From NCBI RefSeq assembly GCF_009914755.1, contig NC_060933.1: a DNA stretch of 64,000 bases. One strand, 5' to 3'. This stretch comes from the human T2T-CHM13v2.0 reference genome, Homo sapiens. A program made the position numbers and the translations under genes. The notes beneath the pieces are model-generated. The model saw only the letters and a program-made list of their open reading frames with translations, searched no databases and had not been told where the DNA came from. Shown here piece after piece: positions 28,986 to 42,500 of this stretch; position 1 is the first letter of the stretch, and each line of letters opens with the position of its first letter.

Positions 28986-29432
28986 TTAGGTTGGTTTTGC
29001 AATTGAAGAAGCACAGTTGGTTGTTGTTATTATATGATTCCTCTTGTTCTTTTCAAGCACATCTTTCTGGCATCTCACTAGTGAACACACCAAAACATCT
29101 CTCCTCTCTGCTTCTGGCTGTTGAGTTACATTCTTTCCTGGTTCCTCTCTCCTCCCAGCTTCTTTAGCAGTTTTGGCTAAGGATTTTTCTTCCTCCTCTA
29201 GGCTCACAGATGTCTCTTCCATGCCCTTCCTTGATGGAGCGTTACAAAAATCTTTGACCATTTCTGGCAAAATAGACTTTTTTTGGGTGGTGAACATGGG
29301 AAAATGGTGGCCAAAGTGGGAAGTGAGTTGAGCTGGCTTCACTTGGCTGGGCTGGGTACAGGAGGGCACTTTGTGAACACCCTCATGTACATAGTGCATA
29401 TTTCCCAGAAGAAGAATCCTTCTTCAAGGGGC
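28986..29432 (-). pseudogene. Candidate large exon of fossil minus-strand gene (137-aa E/K-rich ORF, preceded by in-frame TGA)
   Basis: Acceptor TTTTGCTCCTATTGGCTCATAG|GCC; phase-0 reading AP*RRILLLGNMHYVHEGVHK...SSIAKPT*; non-repeat sequence. Confidence 0.5.
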
Positions 29433-29524
29433 CTATGAGCCAATAGGAGCAAAATATATGGGAATAAAAAGTGACCATTTTAGAGAAGATGTGATCACTT
29501 CCTAGTAGTTGTGCTTAGCTCTAT

Positions 29525-29945
29525 GTTTTAGTTTAGTTATGTAACAAATTACCCCCAAAGTTTAACAGCTTTAAATAACAAATATTCCTTCTCAAAATTT
29601 TTGTAGGTCAAGGATCTAGACGCAGCTTGCTTATGTGGTTATTGGTGGGATTCAGTTCCTCATAGGTTATTGGACTGAGTTATTTGACACGTGGGCTTCT
29701 CCACAGGGCAGCTCCCAACATGGTGCTGGCTCTCCTCAGAGGGTAAGGGAGAGCAAGGGAGATGAAAGACTCTGTCTTTTGTAATCTAATCTCAGAACTG
29801 AGAACTCCTTACTTTTTCTTTATTCTGTTCATTAGAAGCAAGCCACAAAGTATACCCCACAATTGAGGGAAGGAGGTGATTACACAAGGGCATGGAAAGC
29901 AGGAGGAGGGGTCTCCGAAGCCACCTTAGAGACTGCCTATCTTAC
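29525..29945 (-). mobile_element. MaLR LTR (MLT1F-like)
   Basis: TATGTAACAAATTACCCCCAAAGTTTAACAGC...GATTACACAAGGGCATGG...CCTTAGAGACTGCCTA. Confidence 0.7.
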
Positions 29946-30419
29946 TCTTGTTCACACTTGACAAATACTTTTTGAATAAATGAGTACCCAAAATGTGAGA
30001 GACTCAGATAAAGGGCTAGAAAATTCAGAGAAGTAATGGGATATGAAAAAGGCTTTTTACAGGACATGACAATTTTAGTTGGAGTTAATGGATTAGGATT
30101 AGGTTTTGTGGCGTGAACAAAACATGTGTAGGCAAAGAAATAGCACTAATGGGAGCCTGGAGGAAAGAAAATAGGGGCCAGGAAAAATATTAGATCTGAT
30201 ATCGTTAAAGGCACCACTGCTGTACACCATAAAGACCCTTGTTATATGAAGTCATGAAGTTTTATTCTTGGCAAGTGGTGGCCTTGTTGAGAATTTCTGC
30301 AAAAAACCTGAAATTCATGAAGGGCATGCCTTCCTAAAGAGTCAAACCACAGTTCTGAAGACATTTCTCCTAATCCAAACATTCAAAGAGCAGCTGTCAC
30401 TGTACTCATTTAGTTGGCT

Positions 30420-30795
30420 TCCTGGATTTTGAAAACCATCCACGCTCATCATTCCTCCCTTGCCACGCTGCTTTCATTAATGTTGCCCTGTTTGGGCAGA
30501 AGTTGCCCTGTTTGGGCAGTATCTTGGTTGTGAACAACTGCTTCTTCTGAGGTCTTGCCTCACCACGGGAGAGGCTGCAATCAAATATTATCAACACAGG
30601 GGTATAAAGTCCTCTTATTTCCAAATCTGAAGAGTTGTTCCAGCTTTCTGAGATAGGCTGATCACTTAGCCAAGTCCATATTGCTGCTCAAATCCCCTTC
30701 CATGCACAGATGTGAATTCCATGAGAACTTCCTACTAAATCTCCTGCATGCTAACCTCCATCTCAGGGTGGTATCCTGGGCCACCAAATCTGAAA
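30420..30795 (+). mobile_element. ERVL LTR fragment (LTR16-like)
   Basis: TAAATCTCCTGCATGCTAACCTCCATCTCAGGGTG resembles the LTR16 3' end; the left boundary is uncertain. Confidence 0.5.
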
Positions 30796-31157
30796 TATCC
30801 CTGGAATGTTTGACTAACTGGATCACTAAATAATTTTAATGAATATTCTGCAAATTATTGACCTGGCCTTATCAAAAATGAGGAACCGTCTTAGAAAGAG
30901 TTCTTAAACTCAAACATCTTACAATCTAGTGAGAGAGAAATGGTTAGAAAACATTAAAAAACAACTAAGACATGTTGGAAGAATGAAAGTCATAATTTAT
31001 CATAAGGTTATATCACTTATAATTCATTTTAATGAATTAAAATGAATATAGTCTCATCTAATGAGAGAGACAAAGTGGAATGAGGAATCTAATTATTAAT
31101 TAATTATAATGAGATTATAATCTCATAGCCCAAAGAGAGAGACAAAATTAATAAAGA

Positions 31158-31256
31158 TGCAAAAGAAAAACTAAAATATCTTTATATTTAATCAAGGTGC
31201 AAAAGAAAAACTAAAATATCTTTATATTTAATCAAGGTGCAAAAGAAAAACTAAAA
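31158..31256. repeat. Perfect 40-bp tandem repeat, ~2.5 copies
   Basis: Unit TGCAAAAGAAAAACTAAAATATCTTTATATTTAATCAAGG. Confidence 0.97.
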
Positions 31257-31774
31257 AGTAGTTATAATAACTTTTACAAAGAAGCAAGCAGTTTATAAGG
31301 AAATTTTACATGCATTATCTCATTTAATCATTTAAACCAGTGCTACAGGTGAAGTTATTAGCACAAGTTTATGAGTGGAAAAGTGAAATGAATGAGTTTA
31401 AGTGGTCTGGCTAGGAAACAGCAGAGCTTAGTAAACTCAGCATGAAGAGGAAATGAGAACAACTGCATTCCCAACTTGTTTTGTCACTTACTCATCCTCT
31501 CTTTGGCACTGGATTGATGTGGCCAGGAATCTCATGTGTTCCTGACCCTATAATCAGCCTTTGTCCCACTTCTCCTTTGACAATAGTTTATAAGATGAGA
31601 AAAAGGTTCTTAGCTAGTCTTGTTCATTCTTAAGGTCTAATACTCTTTTTATTACTTTTTTTTCAATATTCCTGTTTAGGTTTTGTGGGTTTTTAGTTTT
31701 TTTTGTCTTCATTTTTACCCCCTGCTTATCCTTTCTTTAATCCTCTCTTCTCTTTTACTTCTAAAGTTGTAAGC

Positions 31775-31982
31775 CAGCACTGTGCAATAGAAGTCTCTAG
31801 AATGATGGAAATGTTCTATATTTGTGCTGATCAGCACAGTAGCCACTAGTCATTGTGGCTATTGGGCACTTGATATTTGGCTAGCACAACTGAGGAACTG
31901 GCTTTTTAATTTAATTCAAATTTAATTGATTTAAATTTAAATAGCCATGCATAGATTGTGGCCATAGAATTAGACATTGTAG
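31775..31982. mobile_element. MER3 hAT MITE
   Basis: CAGCACTGTGCAATAGAA...GATGGAAATGTTCTATA...GTAGCCACTAG...GGCACTTGATATTTGGCTAG. Confidence 0.85.
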
Positions 31983-34900
31983 TCTAAGCCTTCATTGGTG
32001 CCACAGTCCAACCGTCTCTTAAGTCTCCTAATTTCTTTCCCCCATGGTGGTGTCTCCTTATGAAGAGGCTGCAATTCCATTCTTTCTATTTTTATACCAC
32101 TCTTTCTTTCCAGCCCCAGTGCCATGGATACCAGTTCCCACTGGGCATTTCCGAAGGTGGGGGATACTCTACAGGTGCATACACCAGTAGTGTTGCCAGG
32201 CATGTGTTGCTGGGATAGGGACTATTGCCAAAGAGACAACTTGGTCATTGTATGGCACTTTATTTTAAAATATTGTAGAAACATGCTGAAATTCCCCTTG
32301 ATCTGTTTCTTATGATGTGAATAGAAGAAGCTTTCTTTACACCTTCTCTGGTTTGTGTAGGTTTTATATACAACTAGTTAGTCCCCCGCCACTCCAAGTA
32401 AATGATTTTACATCTCTGAATCATACATCGCCTTCTCTGCTCAGGAAGACCCTTCTCATCTGTCCCTATCTAAATCCAAAATGTCCATTTTGCCTAGTAT
32501 TTCTTGTTCAGAATTAATGACTCACTTCTGTGTGTCATCTAGCTCTCTATTGCTTTGCTCATTATAGCCTGAAGTAGATTATTAGGATTTTTTAAATTTC
32601 TTTCTACTCTACTAAATTGTGGATTCTTGAAGGACAGGATCATGCTGCTTGCATCTCTGTATCCTTCATGGCTAAGGAGAGTATCCGGAACATAGTAGGA
32701 TCTCAGTATCTCTTCATGGAATTTACACGTCCATTTGGCCTCTGAAAACCACATCCTCTCCTCTACAGCTTGTCTACTTTCTTTTCCTGAGGCCAACTGT
32801 TAGGAAATGATGTTCTAAGGTAAGAATTTCCTTCACACAGCACCCTAGTTGCCCTCCTATCAGGGCCAATGCAGATTCCACCTAATAAATGTGGGTTCTG
32901 GCACATTTGTTTATCAACATATTTCTCTGTGTGTATGTGTTATTGTATTTTATTCATTTCTGGTGTATTTATTATGGATTTCTTTTTATTTCCATAAATA
33001 ACACTACAACTGAAGCAACATATTATCTGTTAAGCATCTCCAACAGTCAGAAGGCATTATTATATGGCTCAGTGTTATCTTTACAATCTTTGTGTACCTC
33101 CTCTTCCTTCCACCTCTTCTATTTTTCATCACTATCCTTAATTATGCCAATGAGTCACATGATGGGACTGCCCCAATTGTAAATTTTCTGTAATTATTGC
33201 CTCCTGCACATGCCAGATGCATCTGAATTCACAAAAGCTCAATATGCATTTGACAAGTTATTAAATACTAAACCAAAATGTGCTTCAGCACCTACGCTTG
33301 TGAACTGCTGCAGTAAATAAAAGTGTCTGATGATGAAAGGTATTTATCCTATTTGATAATTTCAATTAAACCGTTTCAGATGTGAAATTTAAAACACTCA
33401 TTTCCTCAATCCTTGCTGCCTTTCCTTGGTAGTTTGAACATGACTCTTAGATTCCTTTGGCTCATGACATGATGCTATATTGAATATTTTCCTAACTGCA
33501 AATTTGATTTTCAGTCACATTCAGGCTTATCTCATTGTGTGTTATTATTGTACTTGTCAGCAGAGAATCTTTGCAATTGCTCCTTCAAAACTTGCATAAA
33601 TTTGGTGATCTGTAGGAAGTTATATTTAAAGTATTTTAATAACTAGTGTGGCACCAACCAATTATAATGGACACCTGCAGGAGCTCTGGGGCTGGTTTTT
33701 GGAAGGCCCCCTACTAGGCCAGGCTTTAACCCTTTGGCTGCAGAAGAGCTCTTGGAAGTATCCAAAGTGAGGTACCAAGGCAGCTAAGGTTTGGTGGTCA
33801 GTGACCCTCCGGGTCAGGACAGCAGCTCTTTACCAACTGCTATGGAGTAGTTCAATAGCAGTGCACATCTGCTGAATGTCATTCTTGGTGATGTGTTTAT
33901 TTAAGAGCCAGCAGAAAAGAAAATAATTGTTCAGGCATTTAGAATGTGTGTCAAAGGGCTAGTTTCAGGCTAATGTTTGTCTGGCTTTCAACTCTTCTTT
34001 GATTTGCACAATTGCATTTGTCCTTAAACAATTACCAAAAGGACATGTTCTGCTCGGGGCAGAATTCACCTTCTTATTCTGAGAGATAGTTAATACGTTA
34101 TCTGGCAGGTGAGAGAACTGAACACAGAGACTCACCCTTCAGAATTCAGGTCAGGAGTTGCGAGGCTTTTCCTAACTGAACTTTTTCCCTGAGTCCAAGT
34201 GACAAACAGGAATGAACTCAGCATAGCAGATGCGGGGAGAGGAGGGAAGAACATTCCAAGAAGAGGGAGCACTATGTGCAAAGACACAGAAGTGAGAAGC
34301 ATCATCCCATGGCAAGTTCACACAAGCCTCAAGCAGGTTAGAATTGTCAGAGATCTGGGAAGAGGAATGGTCACAGGCAGGGTTGGTGAGAGATGAGGCT
34401 GGAAAGGTGCACAGGGCCTGGGTATATAAAAGATTTTTTATGAGGGAAAAATGTTAATTTATTCCATTAGTTAGAATATTGATGGTAGCATTTAGAAATC
34501 AGAGAAAGAAATTTGACTCAATGCAGAGGATAATGGCAGATTATTGTGGGCCTTGAAGTGGAGCTCAAGGGAGGTAAGGCTTCCAGGTAGAGAGAGACAA
34601 CATTTGTCTATTTTCATTAAAATTAGATCTTTTTACACCCTTTATTACAGAAAGTTTTCTACAGAAGCTTTTTTATAAGCGCTAAGTGGTCTTGGGGAAA
34701 TATTGGAGAGAGGCAAATCCTATTTATTGTTTTTTTTTTAAAGGTGTCTTTAGGTGAGAGGTAATCACACAGTCCTAAAAAGATCTGTTTGCTCACCCCC
34801 ATCTGACTTGTAACCTAGGCCACTAATGACATAAAAATTATCTCCCAGCATGACTTTGTCCTTCCAACAAGGCACGGTTAGAAGCAGCCAGCCTATTGCT

Positions 34901-36089
34901 GCGTGATCAGAACCCATTTGCTACTGGAGCTTTGTGTGGTGCTGCAGGTATGTGGTACAGAGACGTGTCTCATGATCACATTAATGAGGAACCTGTCATC
35001 TTCTCTGTAGCTTCCAGCATTAACACCTCGAATGATGACTTGGAGATGTTAAGTCCTAGAAGGAGAAGAAACATGCTGAGGAGGTTAAGGGTGAACCAGT
35101 GAATTTCCCAGTGCAAACTTACCAAAAGTACTGCTTTTTTTCTTAAATGCTAGTAGTTTTGAAACAATGTAAAAAACCAGTCAGGTAATTTGATTAACAG
35201 CTCAGTTACAAGTTTGCAAACTTTCTAACTGTAATAATTATTTTCCTCAATGAATGAAACAACAAAGTAAGAGTTATTCAAACTGGTCTTATATTTACAG
35301 TGCCTAATTAAATTTAGGTGACCTTTTGGTAAAAATCGTATTATTCACAGAATGGGCCAAGTACCAGTCCACAGCTCGGGTGTATGAGGTATATTTTATT
35401 TTACTTAACAAACCCTTGCATATTACTTATCTTCTTGAAGACACCTTTGTAAAAGTGAATCTAATCTTTGTCCAATCTTCCTCACTTTCCAATTTAACAG
35501 ATGAGAAAAGTGAGACAAAAGAAAGATCAAGTTTTTTTTTTTTTTTTTTTCCTCCAAGGGAATCAACTAATTCTGGTGGATTGGGATCTAAATTCTGAGT
35601 ACTGAGTTTTTACCAAGCATAGGGGCAGATGGTCCAGTGCACACAGGTGTTCCCTGAGGTATCTGTTGGTATCATATGGCCTTCAGTGATCTTTCCATAG
35701 AGTTCATGTCTGAGCAACCCCTTGACCTTATCCCTCTAGTCCCTTGGGGTCCATATGCTCTGGCTCTAGCTACTCTCTTGGCCACATCTAGGAGGATCAA
35801 GACACATGGCATCTTTTTCACGCCAGGCTGTCTGAAGCTTTATCTGCCCAGTGTGCTATTAAGGTATTTCTTTCCCTAGGATGTTATCTCCAAATTAAGA
35901 ATTCATTCATTCATCCAACAACTATGTTTTAGGCAACTTCTATGTGCAGATACTATACTAGGCACTAGGAAAACAGCCATTAAATATGCTTATAGGAAAC
36001 TTTCATTCTAGTAGGGGCATATAGGCAATAAACAATGACCAAGATAGCAATAATATCTATCAGCACCCATCATTATATATGCTTTCATT

Positions 36090-37290
36090 ACTTAATTTGA
36101 GTTCCCTCCAGAAGCAGGCAAGAACTTGAGTGCTGGAGATAATCCCAGGAAGTTGGAGTGAGGGGTGAGAAGAGTGAGACAGGAAAAAGGAAAAGCTGGT
36201 AAGCACTTGTAATCAAATTAATCACCACAGTGAGCACTTGGGGCTCAATTTTCCCTCTATCTTCTAAGTTACAGGATGTCTTTCAGATTATCCACTTAAA
36301 GTTTGAAAAAGAAAAGCAGATATGCATTGGCTCCTGGACCCCCATTATTTGAGGCCTATCTGTAGATTAGCTCCTCTTCCTAATAAATGCTGCACATGTC
36401 TACTTACCATGACACAGCAAGATGCTGCCATTGCATAGAGTTGAGATTCATATGAAACACTCTGATGAAACCATGGCTGGAAGCCGAGGTGAGCTAAGGT
36501 AAAGAGTCTGAGTAAAAAGGACCCTCCTTACACTGCTCATACCCACTTATGCCTACATGAAGTCGAATCTGTCTGTGAGTGGTCAAGGTGCTAGCCTGTT
36601 TCAATCTCTACAAATACTTAACACAAGGATTAGTGAAACAAGTTTCAGTTGCCACAGCTGTAAATGGCCCCAAGGCCTATCTTGGTGAAAATGGTCCCAA
36701 GGCCCATCAACAATCTTCCTTCTCAACTATCCATTCCACATTCCGTCACTTCATCTGGTCTCAGTTGTTTGACGGGGTAAGCCCAGCCTTCATATCTAAA
36801 GAGCTCGAGTTTTTTGGTTCCTTGCCATTGTTTGGCTATGTTTGCTACAATCTTTGTTGATTGCTACCAGGAGACATAGGGGTAAAAGAAAGAAAACACC
36901 CCAGTGAAGAGTTGCAGACATGCTTCTCTCAGCCCGGTTTCGTAGCAGCAACTCCAGGTCCTCGTGATACTCTTTGTCAAATATTATACATCCCAGAGTA
37001 ACTCCTTTTGTTGTCATTGTTGTTGTTCTTTTGCTTTTGGTAGCTGATCTACCAGCATGAGTTGCTTGAAATGACCAGGTGGGAGCTGCCATTTCAGGTT
37101 CAGTGGAATCCTTACTGTGTCTGCTGATGGAAACATTCCTTCCCTGGGACCTATGGTGGCAAATTGAAAAGGTCCTAAGGTTTGGGAACAGGAAACACTG
37201 ATTCCTTAGTGGATCACTGAGAGCAGTGGTGAGATAGGCAACATCCACCTCTTGATTTCTGGATTCATGTAGTCTAGCTATGAAACCAGA
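36090..37290 (-). mobile_element. ERV-L remnant: LTR16-like LTR (~36090-36520) plus internal segment with decayed dUTPase (ERV3-16A3-like)
   Basis: Minus-strand translations PREGMFPSADTVRIPLNLKWQLPPGHFKQL and KGVTLGCIIFDKEYHEDLELLLRN resemble ERV-L dUTPase. Confidence 0.8.
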
Positions 37291-37467
37291 GTGCTGGATT
37301 TGGCCATTAACCTGGTGCTGCGTGGCATCTGGAAGACAGAGAAAATACTGCAGGCTATTTCCCTCAAGTCAGAAGCTTAGTCGTTGTTTTATTATAGGTT
37401 TGCTGTTTCTGATAACGTAATCTAGAGCAGGACTAGTGGACCTCTGATCATGTGTCCAATATCTCAC

Positions 37468-37521
37468 TTTCTTTGCATAAAATAGGTCCCGTACTTTAAG
37501 ATGATATTATATATAATGACT
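37468..37521 (-). pseudogene. Candidate 54-nt exon of fossil gene
   Basis: CTGTCTAG|AGT...AAGAAA|GTGAGA; phase 0-0; SHYI*YHLKVRDLFYAKK. Confidence 0.35.
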
Positions 37522-38430
37522 CTAGACAGTGAGTTATCCCACCCACCTGACTGGTTGGTGGTTTCTCTGCAGTGGATAATAGGTGGTGTACAGTAACATG
37601 AGACACAATAGTCTACACAATCTACAGTGTGTAAGTTTACTAATAGGTTCATACAGAACCATTTGCCCTGCCTAGAATCAGAGGTGAGGCTGAGAGGAAT
37701 TTAAGAAGCGCCCAAGAGGCATCTGTCACAGTGCCGTATTGAATTATATGTTCATTTGATTACATTAATCCCTAGATGATAAGCCCATTTAGGGGAGAGG
37801 CTACATCACATTAATCTTGTGTAGGCAACACTTATCACAGCATTTGGAATTTGGTGAACACTTATGTCATTTTGTTTTTTTTTTCATGTGAAGCATGCAT
37901 GCAAATATAATTAGAGACCTTTTGGGTCTGTCTCTTATGGATGAGGAGAGAAACAAAGACTAATGATGGTGAGGGACTTTTATAGGTTCCTGCATCCACA
38001 TGGTGGCAAAGGCAAGACCCCAAGTCAGTGTGACCCCAAGGTCACAGATCATCAGGCCATGATGCTTCTTCCTAGAGTTAAGTCTTTGTGGTAGAGATTG
38101 AGCATTATTTTTTAATAATCCAAGACTATCAAAGACGTATTAGCCTCTCAGCATGAAGTCAAGTGATTAAACTATAAAGAATTATAGAATTAATCTGTTG
38201 TTATCCATAAATAGCATAGTATATATTCTTTCATTATAAGACGCAAACCTGAAGTCCAAGCTACTGCAGAATATTTCACTTCTGATCTAATGAGTTTGGA
38301 AAATTTTCACTTCTCCTTGTGTTTCCACTAATTTTACTCCATCTTCTTTTGTTACCCCTTGAAATAACTTATATTTAAACCAAGTTAGGATTAGAATCAC
38401 TAAAGCTGTACATTATAAGAGTAGAGTTTA

Positions 38431-38730
38431 GGTTGGGCGCGGTGGCTCACAAATCTCAGCACTTTGGAAGGCCAAGGCAGGCAGATCACTTGAGGTCAGA
38501 AGTTTGAGACCAGCCTGGTCAACATGTTGAAACCCCATGTCTACTAAAAATACAAAAATTAGCCGGGTGTGGTGGTGGGCACCTGCAATCCCAGCTACTC
38601 AGGAGGCTGAGGTAGAAGAATCACTTGAACCCAGAAGGTGGAGGTTGCAGTGAGCCAAGATCGTACCACCGCACTCCAGCCTGGGCAACAAAGTGAGACT
38701 CTGTCTCAAACAAAAACAAAAACAAAAACA
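38431..38730 (+). mobile_element. Alu (AluSx-like)
   Basis: Dimer with (CAAAAA)n tail; imperfect TSD AGTAGAGTTTA/AGTTGAGTTTA. Confidence 0.97.
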
Positions 38731-40049
38731 GTTGAGTTTAAGGAACATTTCAGGGGGAGGATGCATACACTAACGAATAAGAACAAAATCTCTTTCTGCA
38801 AAGCAGTCTAGCAGTTTTTGGTCAAATTAAATATTCTTATAAGCTATGACCCATAACTCCTACTCTCAAGTCCCTAGCTTAGATGGCATCTCATACAGCT
38901 CCACAAAGGGAATGTGTAGATATTATTTAAGCACTGTTAGTGTGGTGGAGAGAGTTAGAGGAAACTCAGTGTCTTTCACCAGAGGAATGGATAAATATCT
39001 TGATTTGAATACAGTGCGACTGCTCTAAGAAAAGCCGGAATTACGGTGACTTAAACAAGACAGAGATGTATAGATCTCCATGTAACAGAGATCTGAGTGT
39101 CGGAAGTCCAAGGCTAATATGGCAGCTGCATGGTTTCTGTGGCTAACATTCCCTCTCTTCTGGTTCTCTGCCAACTTAGCACTTACTCTGCCTCCTAGTC
39201 TAAAATGATTGCTCTGGCTGCAGCTGGTGGGAGGAGGGGAAAGAAAAAGTGGAGGGCATACCACTTATATTTAAGAGTATTCCTAGAAGTCTGACACCTG
39301 TCTAACACTCGTATCTCATTATTCAGAACGTAAGTCACATGGCCACACCTAGCTTCAACAGATGCTGGGAAGTGAAATTCCTAACTAAATGGCCATGTGC
39401 TCAGCTGCCCATCACTATTAAAGGAAGAAGAAGGAATGGCTATTAGAGAAGAATTAGGCCTTTCTGATGTTGTAAGATTGTAATAAATAAATATTGTTGA
39501 ATAAAACACGGCAACAGTTAGAACCAATGTATTCCAGCAATATGGATTGTTCTTAAAAAAAGAATACAGAGTGAAAAAAAAAGCAAAAACAGAACAAAAA
39601 TGGGCTAATACATAATACACACAGATATGTAATTCATTCTTAAAAACAAGTATGGAACCTCAAAAGGACAATAATATTGTGCTAAGAAATGAAAGTTTTG
39701 CCAGTCAAATCTACACACTCAAATCTAGTTCTCATCATGTGGTCTACTGAAAATTACATAAATATTTTAGGGCCTATTTTTTCGTATCTGAAAATTTAAT
39801 TATACTCATGAGGGTAAGATAAGCTTCTATACTTAAAATATTTATTACAGTGCTTGATACAGTAAATTCTCAATAGAGATTAGCTGTTATTACTATGTCT
39901 TTTTTATTAGAAATTGCATGAATGTATAAGATCAGAACTTTGTGTAAAGTTGACTCTTGGTAAATGTTGGTTGGATGCATGACTATAGAACAAAGAGTGT
40001 ATTGAACACACAGAGAGGAATGAGCTGGGAAGTATTAAATCACATATCA

Positions 40050-41340
40050 AATATTTATTTAATACCTCATATGTGTCAGGCCCCTGGGATACACAAGTAA
40101 GTTAAAACTAGCATAGACGCTACTCAGTGCTGGAGAAAGGCAATTAAAAATCATACAAATACATGTAAAAATTTCAATTGCTATAAATTCAAGGAAGAAG
40201 AGAGACACTCTTCTATGTGTGTCATATATATATACATATACATATATGTGTATATACTGTATATGCATGCATTTATTTATAAATTTATGTTTATTGTATT
40301 TATATAATAAATATATGCATATATACACAATATATACATATGTATGTTAGTATTCATACATACATAAATATATGAGTGTGTATGCATATGTGTGTGTGTG
40401 TGTGTATTCCTTTCTATGTAAGTTATGCTTAAATTGACATATAATTAGGAAATAACTATTAACTAGAAAAAAAATCAGAGAGAAGAGCATTCCAGGCAGA
40501 AGTAACAGCATAGGAAAATGCACTGTTGCAGCCAAGGCACGGAAAATATAGTGGACTGAAAGAAAACCAGTGGGAATGGAGTGGAAAAAAACAAGAGAAC
40601 AAGTGCTATGAGTTGACAGAATAGGTACAGGTGAGGCCATATAGGAGACAAAGGCTATTGGAAGGGGCTTTGTCTTTACTTTATAGAAAGGGATACTGTA
40701 TTAGTTTCCTATTGCTGCTATAAAAAATTAGCACAAACTTAGTGGCTTAAAACAACACGAATATATTCTCTGATTATAGTTCTGGAAGTCAGAAGTCTAA
40801 GATCAGTTTCACTGGGTTAATATCAAAGTGTTGGCAAAGCTGGTTCTTCTCAAGGCACTGAGGAGAGGACCTGTTTCCTTACTTTTTCGGCTTCTAGTGG
40901 CCACCTGTATCTTTTGACTTGCGCCTCATTCTCTGTCTTCAAAGTGCGTCATCCCAATCTCTGATTCTGTCATCACAGCACCTTCTGCTTTGACCCTGAA
41001 CTCGCCTGTCTCTTTTTTATAAGGACCATTGTGAGTCTATCAGGCCCATCCAGATGATACGTGATAATCTACCCATCCAAAGTTCCTAATTAATCACAAT
41101 TGCAAAGTCTCTTTTGCCATATAAGGTAGCATTTTGTTTCTGAAGATTAGGACATGGACATAATGGGGGGGCTGGTATTCAGCCTACCGCAGAAGCCATT
41201 GAATTTGTTCAAGCAGGGAAAAGGGCACGTTCAGATTTGTGTTTTTAAAAGATTCTCCAGTTTTCTTGTAAAGGATGAATAGAAAGAGGGCCAAGTATGT
41301 TTGTGAACCAGTTTGGGAGGCCAATGCTGGGTTCTGGCAA
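40050..41340. mobile_element. L2 LINE remnant containing a TA/TG-rich expansion (40215-40405) and an inserted MLT1
   Basis: AAATATTTATTTAATACC...AGCATTCCAGGCAGA...GAAGCCATTGAATTTGTTCAAGCAGGG L2 motifs. Confidence 0.65.
40697..41191 (-). mobile_element. MaLR LTR (MLT1D/E-like)
   Basis: TGTATTAGTTTCCTATTGCTGCT...CAAACTTAGTGGCTTAAAACAAC...ATTAGGACATGGACA...ATTCAGCCTACCGCA. Confidence 0.9.
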
Positions 41341-41441
41341 GGGAAGCAGAAAAATAACTTCGTAACAAAGAAGGGAAAATAACATTTTGGCTAAAAGAAT
41401 GCAAGACTGTTAGAGGTAAAAAGAAGTTTAGAGAACACTAT

Positions 41442-41636
41442 CAGTGCTGTACTGGGTCTGGTTTGGTACTAGATTGCAAGAGCTGAAGTGTTCACCTATC
41501 CCAGCTCCACATTCAGTGGCATGTTGATAGCTTGGTATTGGCCACGGGGGGAGTATTTACACCATGGAAATTGGCCAACACTACAAATCAGGACATTTTT
41601 TCCCCCAAAGATCCAATGTCACAGAGTACTCCACTG
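41442..41636. mobile_element. Arthur1/MER69A-like hAT-Tip100 MITE
   Basis: GGGAGTATTTACACCATGGAAATTGGCCAACACTACAAATCAGG; terminal inverted CAGTG...CACTG. Confidence 0.75.
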
Positions 41637-42249
41637 ACATTATGTAACCTACCAATTGAGCTAAGTCGTCTCCCTCTCTTCCAGGGGTCTGCTTCCAGTA
41701 ATATCAAGCTCACTCCTAATCCTGCTGTTGAACAGTCCTGATTCTTAGAAGTTTCTTTGTGGAGACAGACCAAATGCTAATAGTGGCTGATTTTTCAGGT
41801 TAGGAATTTTTCCTTCCACTTCAGTGTTTTCTATGAGTTTTACAGTAAGCATGCAATACTTTTATAATTAGAAAACAAGTCAGCTTTACTTTTAAGTATT
41901 CATTAAAAAAACTACCAACTACCACATGAACGAGGACATGATGGCAAACTTGTTTTATGGTACGGATGACTAGTTTATGATCTAATCACTAAAAAATGTT
42001 TTCCTAGCCACCAGCTATGTGTGAGTTAGTCTTTGAATTTCTTGTGGAATTTGTTACAAGGCTTGGTCTCTTGATATATGTTCAAGACAGGGAGGAAGAG
42101 GATCAGAGTGGTGAAAATGAGAACAACAAAGAATACCTGCAAGTAGTAAGTATTGGAACATATACAATTACAGAATATAAAACACGTCATGAGAGAGTGG
42201 CAAAGCAATTTCACCTTGGCATTACACATGGTCTCAAGGCAATAGGAAG

Positions 42250-42500
42250 TGAGCAAGGGTATGATCCCTGGAGCAAGACTTCCTGAGTTCAAATTCCAGC
42301 ACTACCACTGGTTACATGTGCTCTCTGGAAAAGGACTAAAACTCTCTCTGCCTCAGTTTCTTCATTTCATTTATGAAATGGAGGTAATGATAGTTACCCA
42401 TAGCATTGAGTATTTGTGAGATTTAAATTAGTTACTCCATGTGAATCCCCTGGAAGAATGCTTGGCACACATTAAACACTCAAAAAGTGTCATTTATTTA
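42250..42500 (+). mobile_element. MIR SINE
   Basis: CCTGAGTTCAAATTCCAGC...CTCTCTGCCTCAGTTTCTTCAT...TGTGAGATTTAAAT. Confidence 0.8.

Noticed and set aside
31158-31256. CRISPR-like direct repeats
   Set aside because: Head-to-tail copies with no spacers, in primate DNA
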